NCBI GenBank assembly: GCA_937625935.1 | Contig: OW569359.1 | Location: forward strand, 434,001 to 498,000 | Length of the DNA: 64,000 bases | Source of the DNA: Tetramitus jugosus | Lineage: Eukaryota > Protista > Heterolobosea | Direction of reading: 5' to 3' | Shown: one piece after another, positions 1 through 11,519 of the stretch | Numbering within the stretch: the first letter of the stretch is position 1 | How the letters are laid out: every line of letters starts with the position of its first letter | The notes under the pieces: model-generated | The model's input: only the letters and a program-made list of their open reading frames with translations | Database searches by the model: none | Told to the model about the DNA's origin: nothing | Made by a program: the position numbers and the translations under genes

Positions 1-1807
1 TAGAGCAATGAGACAATACAAGCAAGTGGCCATTAAAATTATGAATTCAAAGCACGGTTCCATAGGATTGCACGAGAGTGAACGTATTAAGCGGTTAGAG
101 GCATCGAATGCTGACAATAGTGTGCCTATTTCACGACTGTACAATACGTTCTACTTTGGAAAGCACTTTTGTTTGGTGTTTGAGTTGTTGGGTGAGTCGT
201 TGCTGCTCAGGAGTCAACGGTACTCTCCAAAAACGATGCCAATGGATGATATTCGAAAAATTGCTGTGCAATTGTTGGGTGCGTTGTGCTTTTTGCGGAG
301 AGAGGGCATTATTCATGCCGATCTCAAACCAGAGAACATTTTAATGACAAGAAAGAACAATTCTCAATCGTTGCGCGTCGCAGATTTTGGAAATGTGATT
401 GATTATAGGAACGGAGAGGCAGAAGCCTATTTTACTAGAGATTCCATGTGCCAAACACAGTCCTATCGAGCACCAGAAGTTGTTTTCAAGCTCAGATTTG
501 ATTATGCGATTGATATGTGGTCACTGGGTGCCATATTGTTGGAACTATATTTGGGGCGCATTGCTTTCCAGTGCTCAAACTCGTCGTCGCTAATTGACTC
601 GATGCAAAGTTTGTTAGGTCCCATACCACATCGATTGTTCTCATCAGGAAGGCTCTATTCTCGTTATTTTCCCACAGAGAAGAATCGTCAATCTTCTCCG
701 TCGTATTCACAACCCTATTCTCGCGCCAGGGCAATCACAGAAATGAAAGAGACACTAGGAATTGAAGACATTCAGTTTGTTTCGTTTGTGCAGGGTATGC
801 TGACATATGATCCGAAACAACGCATGACCCCTGATCAAGCACTCAGGCATCCATTCTTGTCCTCTCTATTCCCCTTTGCAGTTGCATTTGAATCAATTCT
901 TGTTGCTCAGGATTCTGAACAATCGGATAACACCTCGACTCATGACCCAATCAATAGCACATCCACAAGTTTTTCGTCACAAAGCCCAAATAATAGTCGA
1001 GTAGAGCTCAAACGAGAAGTACCAACTGTGCGTCGCACTTCTGAGGCACAGAAGCCATCACATGCCACTTCACACTATCTCCCGAGTCAATCCCAATCAT
1101 ATTCGAGCCAGTACTCAATAGAAGAAGACGCCTCCCCACCTGTTCCTCCACAGATCTTCCAGTCGCCACCACGCACTTCCATCCAGCAATCTCATCATTA
1201 TCCGAAACATAATGATCCAAGTCACTATACTAATTTATCTTACCACGACTATTCTCCAACCACCAGGCATGCAAAGCGACCCAGATATTTATTAGAACAG
1301 AGTCAGTACCACACGGATCCTCCATCTCCTGCCGTCAAGAGAGTCAGGAGTTACGATCATCCTGTTGTACACTCTTCTGCTGTCCTTCAACAGCATCATC
1401 CTCACTCCTATCATCCACAACCAATTTTGAGAGAACAACCTGCACTGGCACACCATTATCCATCATCCTCTGATGCTCATACTCAACACTATGCAATGTA
1501 CAACAACGAAGAGGCTTCATATTCCGGGAACGATCCCTATTTGGTGTATGAAGAAGCACCGGTCCTTGTACACCACCAACGTCCAAGTACCAGTGGTCGT
1601 CATCTCATCAAGACTACCACGACAATGATACAAGACCACCACGATGTTGTCAGTGTGCCTGTTCCCATCATGCAACACCAGCCCAACATTGCCCAACACC
1701 ATCCACATGATTATCCACAAGCTCCTCACACCACACGAATGGCACCGCAGCAGGTTCGACTCATGCGCTCCCACCACCAAATCTACCATTCTCACACTGG
1801 TCATTAA
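1..1807 (+). CDS. CMGC (DYRK/HIPK-like) Ser/Thr kinase with His/Pro/Gln-rich C-tail; 5' part probably outside the window
   Basis: Motifs VAIK, HFCLVFELLG, IIHADLKPEN, DFG, YRAPE and DMWSLG. The Gly-rich loop is missing, and TAG at 1-3 may be an intron acceptor. Confidence 0.85.
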   Translation, partial: RAMRQYKQVAIKIMNSKHGSIGLHESERIKRLEASNADNSVPISRLYNTFYFGKHFCLVFELLGESLLLRSQRYSPKTMPMDDIRKIAVQLLGALCFLRREGIIHADLKPENILMTRKNNSQSLRVADFGNVIDYRNGEAEAYFTRDSMCQTQSYRAPEVVFKLRFDYAIDMWSLGAILLELYLGRIAFQCSNSSSLIDSMQSLLGPIPHRLFSSGRLYSRYFPTEKNRQSSPSYSQPYSRARAITEMKETLGIEDIQFVSFVQGMLTYDPKQRMTPDQALRHPFLSSLFPFAVAFESILVAQDSEQSDNTSTHDPINSTSTSFSSQSPNNSRVELKREVPTVRRTSEAQKPSHATSHYLPSQSQSYSSQYSIEEDASPPVPPQIFQSPPRTSIQQSHHYPKHNDPSHYTNLSYHDYSPTTRHAKRPRYLLEQSQYHTDPPSPAVKRVRSYDHPVVHSSAVLQQHHPHSYHPQPILREQPALAHHYPSSSDAHTQHYAMYNNEEASYSGNDPYLVYEEAPVLVHHQRPSTSGRHLIKTTTTMIQDHHDVVSVPVPIMQHQPNIAQHHPHDYPQAPHTTRMAPQQVRLMRSHHQIYHSHTGH

Positions 1808-1955
1808 ACTTTTAACCCTGTTTGGACCAATACAACACACGTCGTTTTTTTTATCTCAGAATTATATTTCGCCGCCACAATGACACAAAACACGATTCTT
1901 ATTCCCAAAGAGTTTCCAATCTGAATTCCAAGCACAAAAAAACAGAATAACTAAC

Positions 1956-3684
1956 ATGGATATCGTCAAAAACGCATCATTTGCTCACTGTCTGTTGGTT
2001 GCGTTACTCGTGTTGATCAGCTGCTGTTCAGCTGCATCAGCACAAAAGCCAAAGCTTCAACCACCACACAGAATGACAAGAGCTTATCGTGCAGGTGATA
2101 ATCTCGTACAGGAGCATCCCATCATGTACGAAGTGTCTGCTCGTCCTTGGCTGTATGAGCTCTCCCAAAAATATGGCAAGACCATTACAAAATTGAACCA
2201 AATTCCGCAAGAAGAATTTTTGGCGCTCAAAAATCAAGGTGTTACAATGATTTGGTTCATGGGTGTTTGGCAATTGGGTGCTTATAGCTTAGCTAGAGCT
2301 ACGGATAGTGAGATGAGACAGAATTCCTATGGTCCTAATCTGCCTGACTATCAGTTTGCTGACATTATTGGTTCTCCTTATGCTGTGGTTGACTATGTGT
2401 GCAATCCTGAGATTGGAACAGATGATGATTTGGCTACATTGAAGGATAAGTTGAATTCGATGGGCTTGAGTTTGATGCTTGACTTTGTGCCAAATCATTC
2501 TGCTGTTGACTCTCCATTGGTTGACTCCAATCCAGAGCTCTATGTTCTCGTTCCAAAGAATGCATCTATGCCTTATGATCCAAATGCATTTTTGCCAAAT
2601 GGTGTTGCCAATGGCAAAGATCCATACTTTGCTCCATGGACTGACACTGCTCAATTCAACTGTATGCATTTTTCATTTCTTTTTGATTACAGGAATTGTA
2701 ATCACTTTTTTTTGACCCTTGACATTTTTTAACCATTATTATTTTGTGACAATCTTAGATTGGAACTCCAAGACAAGAACAGTGAGATTGCAACACCTTA
2801 TGAAAGTTGCTTCATTGTCTGATGCTATTCGTTGTGATATGGCAATGCTGTTGCTGAATGATATTATTGCTGAGGTGTGGGGCTCCAACTTGGCCGGTTA
2901 TGGTTACTCACGACCAAGCACTGAATGGTGGCAAGACGCCATCCGTGCTGTCAAGCAAAAGTATCCAAATGTCAAGTTCCTCGCTGAAGTGTACTGGGGA
3001 TTGAATGGAAAGCTCCAATCCTTGGGATTCGACTACACATATGACAAGGATCTGTATGATAAGTTAACTGCTACCAATTTGGGTGATTTGAAGAATTACA
3101 TTTCAACTGTCGGATACAACTACTTGACCAATAGTGCTCACTTTGTGGAGAATCATGACCAGGAGCGTGCTGTGGTCAACTTTGGATCAGCACAGAGATC
3201 GATTGGAGCTGCACTAGTCAGTATGACACTCCCCGGTATGAGATTTAACTTCATGGGTCAGTGGCAAGGAAAGAAGAATGCATTAGTTGTCCAATTGAGA
3301 CGTTCAAAGAGTGAATCAGTTGATACTACTGTTCAAAGCTTTTATAACACCTTTATTCCAATCATTTCTCATCCAGTCTTCCACACAGGACAGTGGTCGT
3401 TCCTTCCTGTGACAAATTCTAGCCAAGCTTATGAACTGATGGCCTGGGAGTGGAGTGATGAGTCCACCAATGAGAGAAGACTTGTCGTTGTAAATTATAG
3501 TGCAGGTCAGGGATCTGGTCAAATTCGTTTGCCAGATGCTCGACCAACTACCCCCGGTGGAAATACCTGTAACTTCACAGATCTTCTCACTGGTGCTCAG
3601 TACACTAGAAATGTGAATGATGTAAGATCTGTCGGTCTTTTCGTCATCGTTAACTCATACTGGGCTCAGATCTTCAAGTATTGA
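1956..3684 (+). CDS. Secreted GH13 alpha-amylase family protein; join(1956..2661,2759..3684)
   Basis: Signal peptide. Motifs GSPYAV, DFVPNH, RCDMA (nucleophile D), AEVYW (acid/base E) and ENHD. A 97-nt GTATGC..TTAG intron restores AQFN-Y-WN. Confidence 0.92.
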
Positions 3685-3786
3685 TTGTATTGATTGTATT
3701 GTACTTATTTATTAAATAGCTTAATGTTGTTGGATGATGCTCTCTCCTACTTGTAACGAAAAATGTGAAACCTAGTGAAATTAATG

Positions 3787-6348
3787 TCAATTCATGATAT
3801 GAAGGGGCTCTTTGATGACAACTCCGTCGGTGATGTATGTGCTCTGGACACCTATACCCTTGAGCAAGATATTATCTCGCTTCTCAAATTGAAATTCTTG
3901 CTTTGTGAGCTCATAAGTTTCTTGGCTCACCTGAATCTTCATTGGAACACCAGTCGACTCCATCCGAGAAGCCATGTTCACAGTGGGACCAAATATGTCA
4001 AACAAGAATTTGTTACTGCCTACAACTCCACCAACAAGAGATCCAGAATGAACTCCAACACGTATTTGAAGTCCATTCCGGTAGGAGTCAGGTATCTGAG
4101 ACAACAGATCACTGTTCAACAGGGGATCTGTTTGATCATTAGTGGTAGTGTCTGTCAGAGACTGAAGAATTCCACCTGATCTCCTAGGATTGGCCAATGA
4201 ATCAGCACTGGATCGAGTGTGGCCCTGGATGTACTCTCTGTTGAAACTATTGACAATACGGATCATTTCACTGCCATAAGAAATGGCAAGAACAGCATGA
4301 TCCTGTTGACCTCTGCTCTTTGATAATCCTGCAACAGCCAAGTAAGCATCTCCAATTGTTTTGATCTTTTCCAGCCCTAACCGATCTGCTGACTCGTCAA
4401 ACAGAGAGAACAGTTCGTGCAACAGGCACACAATCAGTGACGGATCGACCCTGCTGCACAAGTGAGTGAACTGCACAATATCACACAGTATCACCGTACA
4501 ATTATCATACTTTTCACTAATGTTACTCTCGCCATTCTTCATTCTCATTGCAATTGACACGGGAAGAATATTGAGCAACAGCTTGTCGGACACTTCCATC
4601 TCTCGGTTCAAGTTCTGCACCAATACTTCGAGATTTCTTCTGTTGCGTGAGTTGCTCGATATGAGAACAACCAACAGGAAGCATACGATGCATGTTGACA
4701 ACACAACAAACAATGGCAATTGATTATTGGTGATAATCGATGAATTCCCAACGACAATGTGTCCCGCGCTCGCATAGTACTCCACTGCCCATTGACCAGT
4801 GTAATGCATTCCACATATGGCAAGACCCATGACCAAAGAACTCACAATCTGCTTCAATTCACTGTTCATGTTGAAAGAAATCCACAGAGAAGCACCAGAG
4901 GCAACATAGGCAATCACCAAACTTAGAAACACTAGAAATGGGTTGTACTCCATGCTGATTTTCTCAACTCTCATCGATGCCATACCCATGTAATGCATTC
5001 CAGCGACACCTGATGCCGTAAACAATGCAGCTACTAAGAGCTGACAGCAATGAGGCCTATTTCTATCACCTAGCATTGATCCTTTAATCATCTTCTTCAC
5101 TTTTTGCCTCGTGGAGCCCCAAGGCGATGAGGAACGCCAATTATGCATAGAATGATGATTATGGTTTCCTTCTTCCACAGACAACAGTCCTTCATTCTCA
5201 TCACTATCACTCTCTTCAGTGTCGTCATACGTGGCAGTTGAATGGGAAGATGTATGAGTCGTAGAGCTTTCAATTGGATCTTGAAAAAGCGGGTGATGAT
5301 GATTAGGAAGCAATATCCCTTCTGGTTCACTTATCGTACTTACAATATGGTTGTTAAAGCTATTACTTTCGTCATTGGGTTTCTCATATCGTACTTCATC
5401 TTCTGCAGCTGTCGCAGCAGTGGGAACATGAGAAGAAGTGCTCTCCAGATGATTGTGGCTGCTTGAGTGAGAACTCGTGCTTGTGAGCAGTTCTGAACAT
5501 GCAGTCGATGATGTGGAATAATATCCGTTGAATTCGTCCAAGGGATGAGACATACCAACCGGCGTCTCAATACACGATGAATCACGGTCCATTGAAGTGG
5601 ACACCAAATCATTCAATAGCTCCGTGTCACATGGAGTCGCATCCTCTGAATAATTAATATCAAACAAGGTCGCCATTAATTTTCTCCGATCATAGTGCAC
5701 CATTCTTAGCTCCTTTAGAGATTGAGATTGGTGGCGGTGATGGCGGGTGGCAGGACATGCACGTTGCCAGTATCGGATCCATCTTGGACAAAACAAGTGC
5801 AGCGTAGATATGAATAGACCGATGCCACAGGAAACACAGGCTACAAAAGCGGAGAGAAGGGCATTAAATGTGTCGTACATGATGGGAACATTGGTCCCAT
5901 TGACTTCAATAGACAAACTGGCCATTCCCAGAAAATGCATGCTGTAGGTTTTGTAAAACGAAAAAAAGGAGTTAGATGTGGTTGAGTCGACCGATAAAAA
6001 AAAGAGTAAACTGCACATGGCATACCTCCACACTGCACAGACTCCCAGTGTTATTGACGCTGTAAGAAGCCATCCAAGAATTGAAGCCCGTGATTTTGCA
6101 TACCGCGTTTGATATACGATTTGAAGTGTTGTAAACGAACCAAACACACTTTATCGATAAAAAAGTGAATTTGTTAGTAATTGTTCTTTCACTTTACATG
6201 TGAAGAGTTTTGATACTTACCTAACAAAAAAGGACATGACAACAATCAACGGATGATAAGAAGTTGAGACTGAGAGTTTTTCAGAAGTGTCGCCGCTGTG
6301 CATCCCCCACGGTACTACACCACTGAATTGATGACTAAGGTTGACCAT
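3787..6348 (-). CDS. MHYT-domain membrane sensor fused to a class III adenylyl cyclase; introns 6149..6220 and 5942..6025
   Basis: Splicing gives YHPLIVVMSFFVSVFGSFTTL...AVWSMHFLGM, then GVAGMHYMGM and ICGMHYTG (three MHYT repeats). A LLLNILP linker precedes cyclase motifs CDIVQFT, KIKTIGDAY and FDIFGPTVNMASRMES. Confidence 0.9.
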
Positions 6349-6709
6349 GATGATGATTTCTACTCGATATTCAAACGTCTAACACTATGGTATCTGAACT
6401 CTTTGTTTTTTGGGTTGTAGTACCATCGAATACTCATAACAGGGAACAAGGGCCAAAATGTTGTTACCATCGGATCCTCGAGAGAGAATTAAATCTTTCA
6501 ATCCTCCGGCATTGTATTTTTAGAAGGAGAATCCCAGACAACCCATTTGGGTTTATTTGGTTTAACAACGACCTAATAAATTGTCCGACCATACCCATGT
6601 GGGGAAGCGGGCCAACAACCGACCGAGGAAATATTTCTGTTCATAGTGTGGAGAAATGCCGACTTACAGCTCGGTTTGGACCGAGCACATTGCTTGAAAT
6701 TATCAAAGG

Positions 6710-7075
6710 ATGAGGTTTTCACCTTCGTCAACTCGGGATTCGATTGTTACCATTGATGTTCTCACAGAACCTGATGATCTCAACACCGGTAGCTCAATAG
6801 TTCCCTCCTCTGTTCATAGAAGCAATAGTGTGTACAAGAGGTTCAGTTCGGACTCTTTGGATATGTATTCGATAACCTTTGAAGACTTGGTCATGGAAGA
6901 TGCAGAACTAGAGAGAAGGATATCAAAGATGCCACTTTCTCCACTGAACAAGTTATCAAAGAGAAGGAGTGAGAGCTATTTGTACGATGTAGAATCTTAT
7001 GAACCGCCAAAATTGTCCTTTCTCGTGCGAATCAAGGTTCTCCTTAGCTCTTGTCTTCCATTATTTGAGAGATGA
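6710..7075 (+). CDS. Hypothetical Ser-rich protein, 121 aa
   Basis: ATG-initiated ORF only; no recognisable domain. Confidence 0.4.
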   Translation: MRFSPSSTRDSIVTIDVLTEPDDLNTGSSIVPSSVHRSNSVYKRFSSDSLDMYSITFEDLVMEDAELERRISKMPLSPLNKLSKRRSESYLYDVESYEPPKLSFLVRIKVLLSSCLPLFER

Positions 7076-8214
7076 TATCTATACGCTCAACATGTTCTTC
7101 AATGAGGTGAAGAATAACATACTAGTGTATCACCAAATACATTTACCTCCCATTTAACAGAAAGTAGATTCACTATCAAACTGCTCGGATCCTGAATATA
7201 AAAATTTTGTTGTTGACAGAGGACTTTGAACAAGTGTCAGTTTTCCAATTTGTTCGTGCAGAGAACTACCCAGTGTTAAGCTAGTATCGAATCAAGATTC
7301 ATCAAGTGATGAAACGAAGGAGTAGAAGAGAGTGGAGAATACCTCCAGGAGTTGAAACAAAACACAGAATGAGAAACCAGTTGGCTCGTCAAAGGAGTAA
7401 AGCGATGTGAGCCAGAAGGATCAATTACAATCCAAAGCTATAGATTCTACATCAGGTGTGAGTTGGATTGTGAATATCGTTTAAACCAACCCTTGTTGTT
7501 TGTGACTTTCAGAAGAGATTAAACTATTAGGAACAATTCAGATCACTCTCCTTTGAATCCATGTCGCACAAGCATTCTGCTATGATACCTAGTGAGTCTT
7601 CGATAGCGGTACTTATCTCTGAATGTCAAGAATTTTTCACAATGCAAGAGTTTATGAGTAGGTTCGATTTGTCCCTTCAGGACACTCTAGAATCTGAACG
7701 TATGACCTTATCCTGCACCTCTCTTTCTAGATGATAATGAAATATCGGGTCCATAAAGCAAATCAAACAATCGTTTTCACCTCGTTTTTCTTTTCTCCAA
7801 CCATCCTTTGACTAACCACTATTGGTGCTCTTGATCTGGAGAAAGACCTTCCTCACTTGATCGATCCTTGTCCTCACACTACTGCTCACACTTGGTAATT
7901 TCGCGGCCAGTACAAGAGCAGAAGAAGTCTCAGTTGGTTTGGTCCTGCTGAAGGAATGCAGCGGACTTGAATTCAAATTGTACATGAGGTTCTACCTGTG
8001 GCCTTGAACATTGTTAGTATTCGATTATGGTTGGTTTTTTGTTCAAAGAAAGTTCTTGTGGTCCACAAGCATCTTGTTTGTATTGGTAGCAGACCCACTC
8101 GACCTAGTTTTCAATGAGGTGAAGAACAACAGACAAAAACACATCGACTAATACATTAACCGCTCCAGGAAGGTCAAACGAGCTCTCTTTATTTACATAA
8201 TTTTCGTTTGTTGT

Positions 8215-9387
8215 TTATTCATTCGACCGGTGGTGATTAGTCGAGTGATGTGAGTGATGCAACACGACTGGTCCTGCGATCCAAGTGTGCTCCTCAAAGA
8301 ATTCTACAATTTTTCGACGGACGAGCCGTATGGATGTCGATATTTTCTTTTTCTTCTTGGAATCTTCGTCTGATGAAGTGTAATCGACAGACGTCCGTAC
8401 TATGATTGTTGGGGCTCTCTGTTGTTCTTGTTGCTCTTGTTGCTCTTGTTGCTCCATCACGGCGGTGGATATCTGTGTCGATGATTCGTCAATGGTCATT
8501 CCGGTATTGTTGTTGTGAATGGTCACCATGGTGAGTGTAATTTGCTCTGATTCTAGTTGGGGGTAGATATTTGCTGGTACTGCTTGTTCTTGTTGTGGTT
8601 GCTGTGGTTCCTTCAAGTATGACAATTGTTCCACACTTGTAAGAGATTCCTTGTTAGTAGTAGGTTGTTCTGCTTGTTCTTGTTTGTGTATGGCAAGAGA
8701 AGCAGAATGTGACAAATCGAGCTCATTGATAAAGCTCTCACTTCCACAGTAGTCGTTGTTTATGGGGTCTGATGGCAACACTGTTTCACTGGCAAGAATC
8801 GAAATCGAAGCTTCACAGTTGGCATTTTCACATGAGGTACTCTGAACAGTAACAATTGTCCGGTCATGAGAAAACAGTTCATGAGTCTCCTGTCTTATTT
8901 GATAGTTCATCTCTGGATGGACATCTACCATGGTTAACGGCAAGTTTTGGTTATGTTTACCTGCAACTTCATCTTTCGAGTTTCCTGAAAACGGCTCCGT
9001 AGATTCCACGATCAAATTCAAAAATAGGTTGGAACATTGCGGGTCGGGTTGAGTTGTTGATTCCGAGAGGACGTGTTGATCCATAATGGAACCATCTTCG
9101 TCAATTACCATACCATACGGATCAGGGTACAACGAGTCATAACTTACGGCATCTAAAACCGTACCAGAGTTCTGACTGTCCATCATTGTATCTATCAACG
9201 AATAGATATCTTTGAGAACGCCCATCGTGGTTGAATCAACCCTTGTTGCTTCCTGTACAGTAGCCATGTTCATCAGAGAGCTTGCTATTTCTGATTTCTG
9301 AGGTAGGGGGTTATGGTCAGTGTGAGCAACAACCTCTCGCAAGCTTTGAGAGGGCTGTGCCTGACTCTCTACAATGGAAAGCATCAT
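8215..9387 (-). CDS. Hypothetical acidic low-complexity protein
   Basis: 390-aa ORF, S/T/E/Q-rich, with QEQ repeats and a KKKKK patch. Confidence 0.65.
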   Translation of the reverse strand: MMLSIVESQAQPSQSLREVVAHTDHNPLPQKSEIASSLMNMATVQEATRVDSTTMGVLKDIYSLIDTMMDSQNSGTVLDAVSYDSLYPDPYGMVIDEDGSIMDQHVLSESTTQPDPQCSNLFLNLIVESTEPFSGNSKDEVAGKHNQNLPLTMVDVHPEMNYQIRQETHELFSHDRTIVTVQSTSCENANCEASISILASETVLPSDPINNDYCGSESFINELDLSHSASLAIHKQEQAEQPTTNKESLTSVEQLSYLKEPQQPQQEQAVPANIYPQLESEQITLTMVTIHNNNTGMTIDESSTQISTAVMEQQEQQEQQEQQRAPTIIVRTSVDYTSSDEDSKKKKKISTSIRLVRRKIVEFFEEHTWIAGPVVLHHSHHSTNHHRSNE

Positions 9388-9894
9388 TGTCCAGTAAAAC
9401 TGTGAATGTATTCTTTATTATGATACCAATAAACAGTTGTTCTTGTTTTTTGTGTTCAGAGAAGAAATAAAATTCAGAATACAGGTGGTTCGTTTTGTTT
9501 TCATGACTACTTTTTTGTGCGTTGGTAAGTATCTGGAGTGCCACCGGTGAGTAAATTTGAGCTTTTGTTCCAGGAGAATGCTTCGTTTTGGAACTGACTG
9601 ATAGATTCGGTCAACAACATGTTTCAGTGTATTCTTTTTTCAGTGTTGCTGCAACATGAGACTAGCTCTCGAGAAGACCAGGGATAATTAACTGCGACAC
9701 CACTAGCGCATCCACTAAAGTGGGTATTATCCCATCGGGCTTTTTTTTACAGCGGAGATATCATCAAACTCGCGCCAAACTTTCCAATTTGAAGAGCGGG
9801 TTCACTCCCTTTTATTGCCATGGGTCCGAGGAAGAAACACCTCACACATGCAACATTCAAGAAAACAAACTCAAGTGTAGATAGTAGTAGCAAG

Positions 9895-11364
9895 ATGAAA
9901 TTGTTGTTTTCCCTTTTTTTTTGCTCCCTTTTTGTTTTTGCCATGATGCTATTGATGCCTCATGGCTCCCATGCTGTTGTTCTCCCAAACAAGAGAGTTC
10001 CTAGTGGTGGTGGTGGTCATGTCCATTCCGGCGATGACTTGACACCGTTGGATCGCTATGTCTACAAGTTTGATCCCGCCTTTACTTACTCCATTGTAAA
10101 GAGTGAAAAATTGAGCGACATGACAGTCATGTTGATTAATATGACGTCTCAGACGTGGCAAAATGAAAAGATTGTCAAGCAGCCATTGTGGTATCACTAT
10201 ATTGTTCTTGGTGTGCCTCATGAGCTAAAGATTAAAGATCATGGCATGTTGTTTATCAATGGAGGCAGTTTGCCCCATGTTCCCAAATTGGATGATCAAA
10301 TGGTGACTGTCATGACCAAGAGTACTGGATCCATTGTTGCCTCATTGTACGACATTCCTGTTCAACCATTTACCTTTTGGAATGATACGGTTCCTAGTCG
10401 TGTCGAAGATGCTATCGTTGCTTACACATGGGAAAAGTTTATTGAGACCAATGATCCTTATTGGTTGTTGAGATTCCCAATGGTGAAGGCATCGGTCAGA
10501 GCAATGGACGTGATTCAAGATGTTGTCGCCAAGCAATTCGGTGTTTCAACATTGTCAAAGTTTGCTGTCGGTGGTGCTTCAAAGAGAGGTTGGACCGCTT
10601 GGTTGACTGCTGCTGTGGACACAAAGCGTGTCACTACGGTGATTCCTTTGGTGATTGATGTGGTGAATATGGTCAAGGTGTTTACCAATATTCATAACTC
10701 GTTGTGCGGATGGCCAGAAGCCATGAAAGATTACGTGCAGCAAGGTGTGACAAAGTACATTGGCACTCCGAGCTTTGTGGATTTGGCCCAACAGGTTGAT
10801 CCTTTTGTGTTCCGTGAGCGATTGAGAAACACTGAAAAGATGATCATCAGTGCTGCCAATGATCAATTCTTTTGGCCAGATGGCTCCACATTCTCCTTCC
10901 ACGAACTGCCAGGTACTGCCAAGAGAATTCGTTATGTTCCAAATGCAGAGCACAGTCTCAGTGGCACAGATGTGACCTTTACCACTGCTTCCTACTATTA
11001 TGCCATTTTGAATGGTGTTGAATTGCCAGATTACACATTCGACAAGGTTGATACTGCCTCTGGTGCCAAGTTGACTGTTCGAGTGACCAATGGTAAGAAG
11101 CCAACTCAAGTTCTCTTGTGGTCATGTACCAATCCAACTGCTAGAGATTTCAGAATTACTACCACAGGCAAGTGCTATCAATCCGTGGAGTTGTCACCTG
11201 AAGGTGACAATCAATGGAGCGCCACTGTTGCTACACCAGCGACTGGATACACTGCATTCTTCATTGAGCTGACCTTTGGAAACTATTTTACTCCAATGGT
11301 GTTGCCTGCAATGAAGTTTACAACCTCTGGTTACATTATCCCAGAAACTACACCTTGCCACTAA
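9895..11364 (+). CDS. Secreted PqaA / AprA (autocrine proliferation repressor)-like alpha/beta hydrolase
   Basis: Signal peptide from ATG 9895. Motifs LDRYV, MTSQTW, EDAIVAYTW, PMVKASVRAMD, GASKRGWTAW, DQFFWPD and PNAEH. Confidence 0.9.
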   Translation: MKLLFSLFFCSLFVFAMMLLMPHGSHAVVLPNKRVPSGGGGHVHSGDDLTPLDRYVYKFDPAFTYSIVKSEKLSDMTVMLINMTSQTWQNEKIVKQPLWYHYIVLGVPHELKIKDHGMLFINGGSLPHVPKLDDQMVTVMTKSTGSIVASLYDIPVQPFTFWNDTVPSRVEDAIVAYTWEKFIETNDPYWLLRFPMVKASVRAMDVIQDVVAKQFGVSTLSKFAVGGASKRGWTAWLTAAVDTKRVTTVIPLVIDVVNMVKVFTNIHNSLCGWPEAMKDYVQQGVTKYIGTPSFVDLAQQVDPFVFRERLRNTEKMIISAANDQFFWPDGSTFSFHELPGTAKRIRYVPNAEHSLSGTDVTFTTASYYYAILNGVELPDYTFDKVDTASGAKLTVRVTNGKKPTQVLLWSCTNPTARDFRITTTGKCYQSVELSPEGDNQWSATVATPATGYTAFFIELTFGNYFTPMVLPAMKFTTSGYIIPETTPCH

Positions 11365-11519
11365 GATAAACACTATTTCTCCCTGCTTGGGTTACATTTT
11401 TTTCTTTCCCACAACATTCGAGGAGTTTCATTGTCAATGAGGCTTCATTGGAGAATTGATTCAACCAGATTTGTGAGTGAAACATACTTCTGAAAAACAA
11501 AGCCAACAACTTGTTCCAA

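Noticed and set aside
6387-6713. 108-aa ORF upstream of the MHYT cyclase
   Set aside because: Lies in the presumed promoter region and has no protein-like features.
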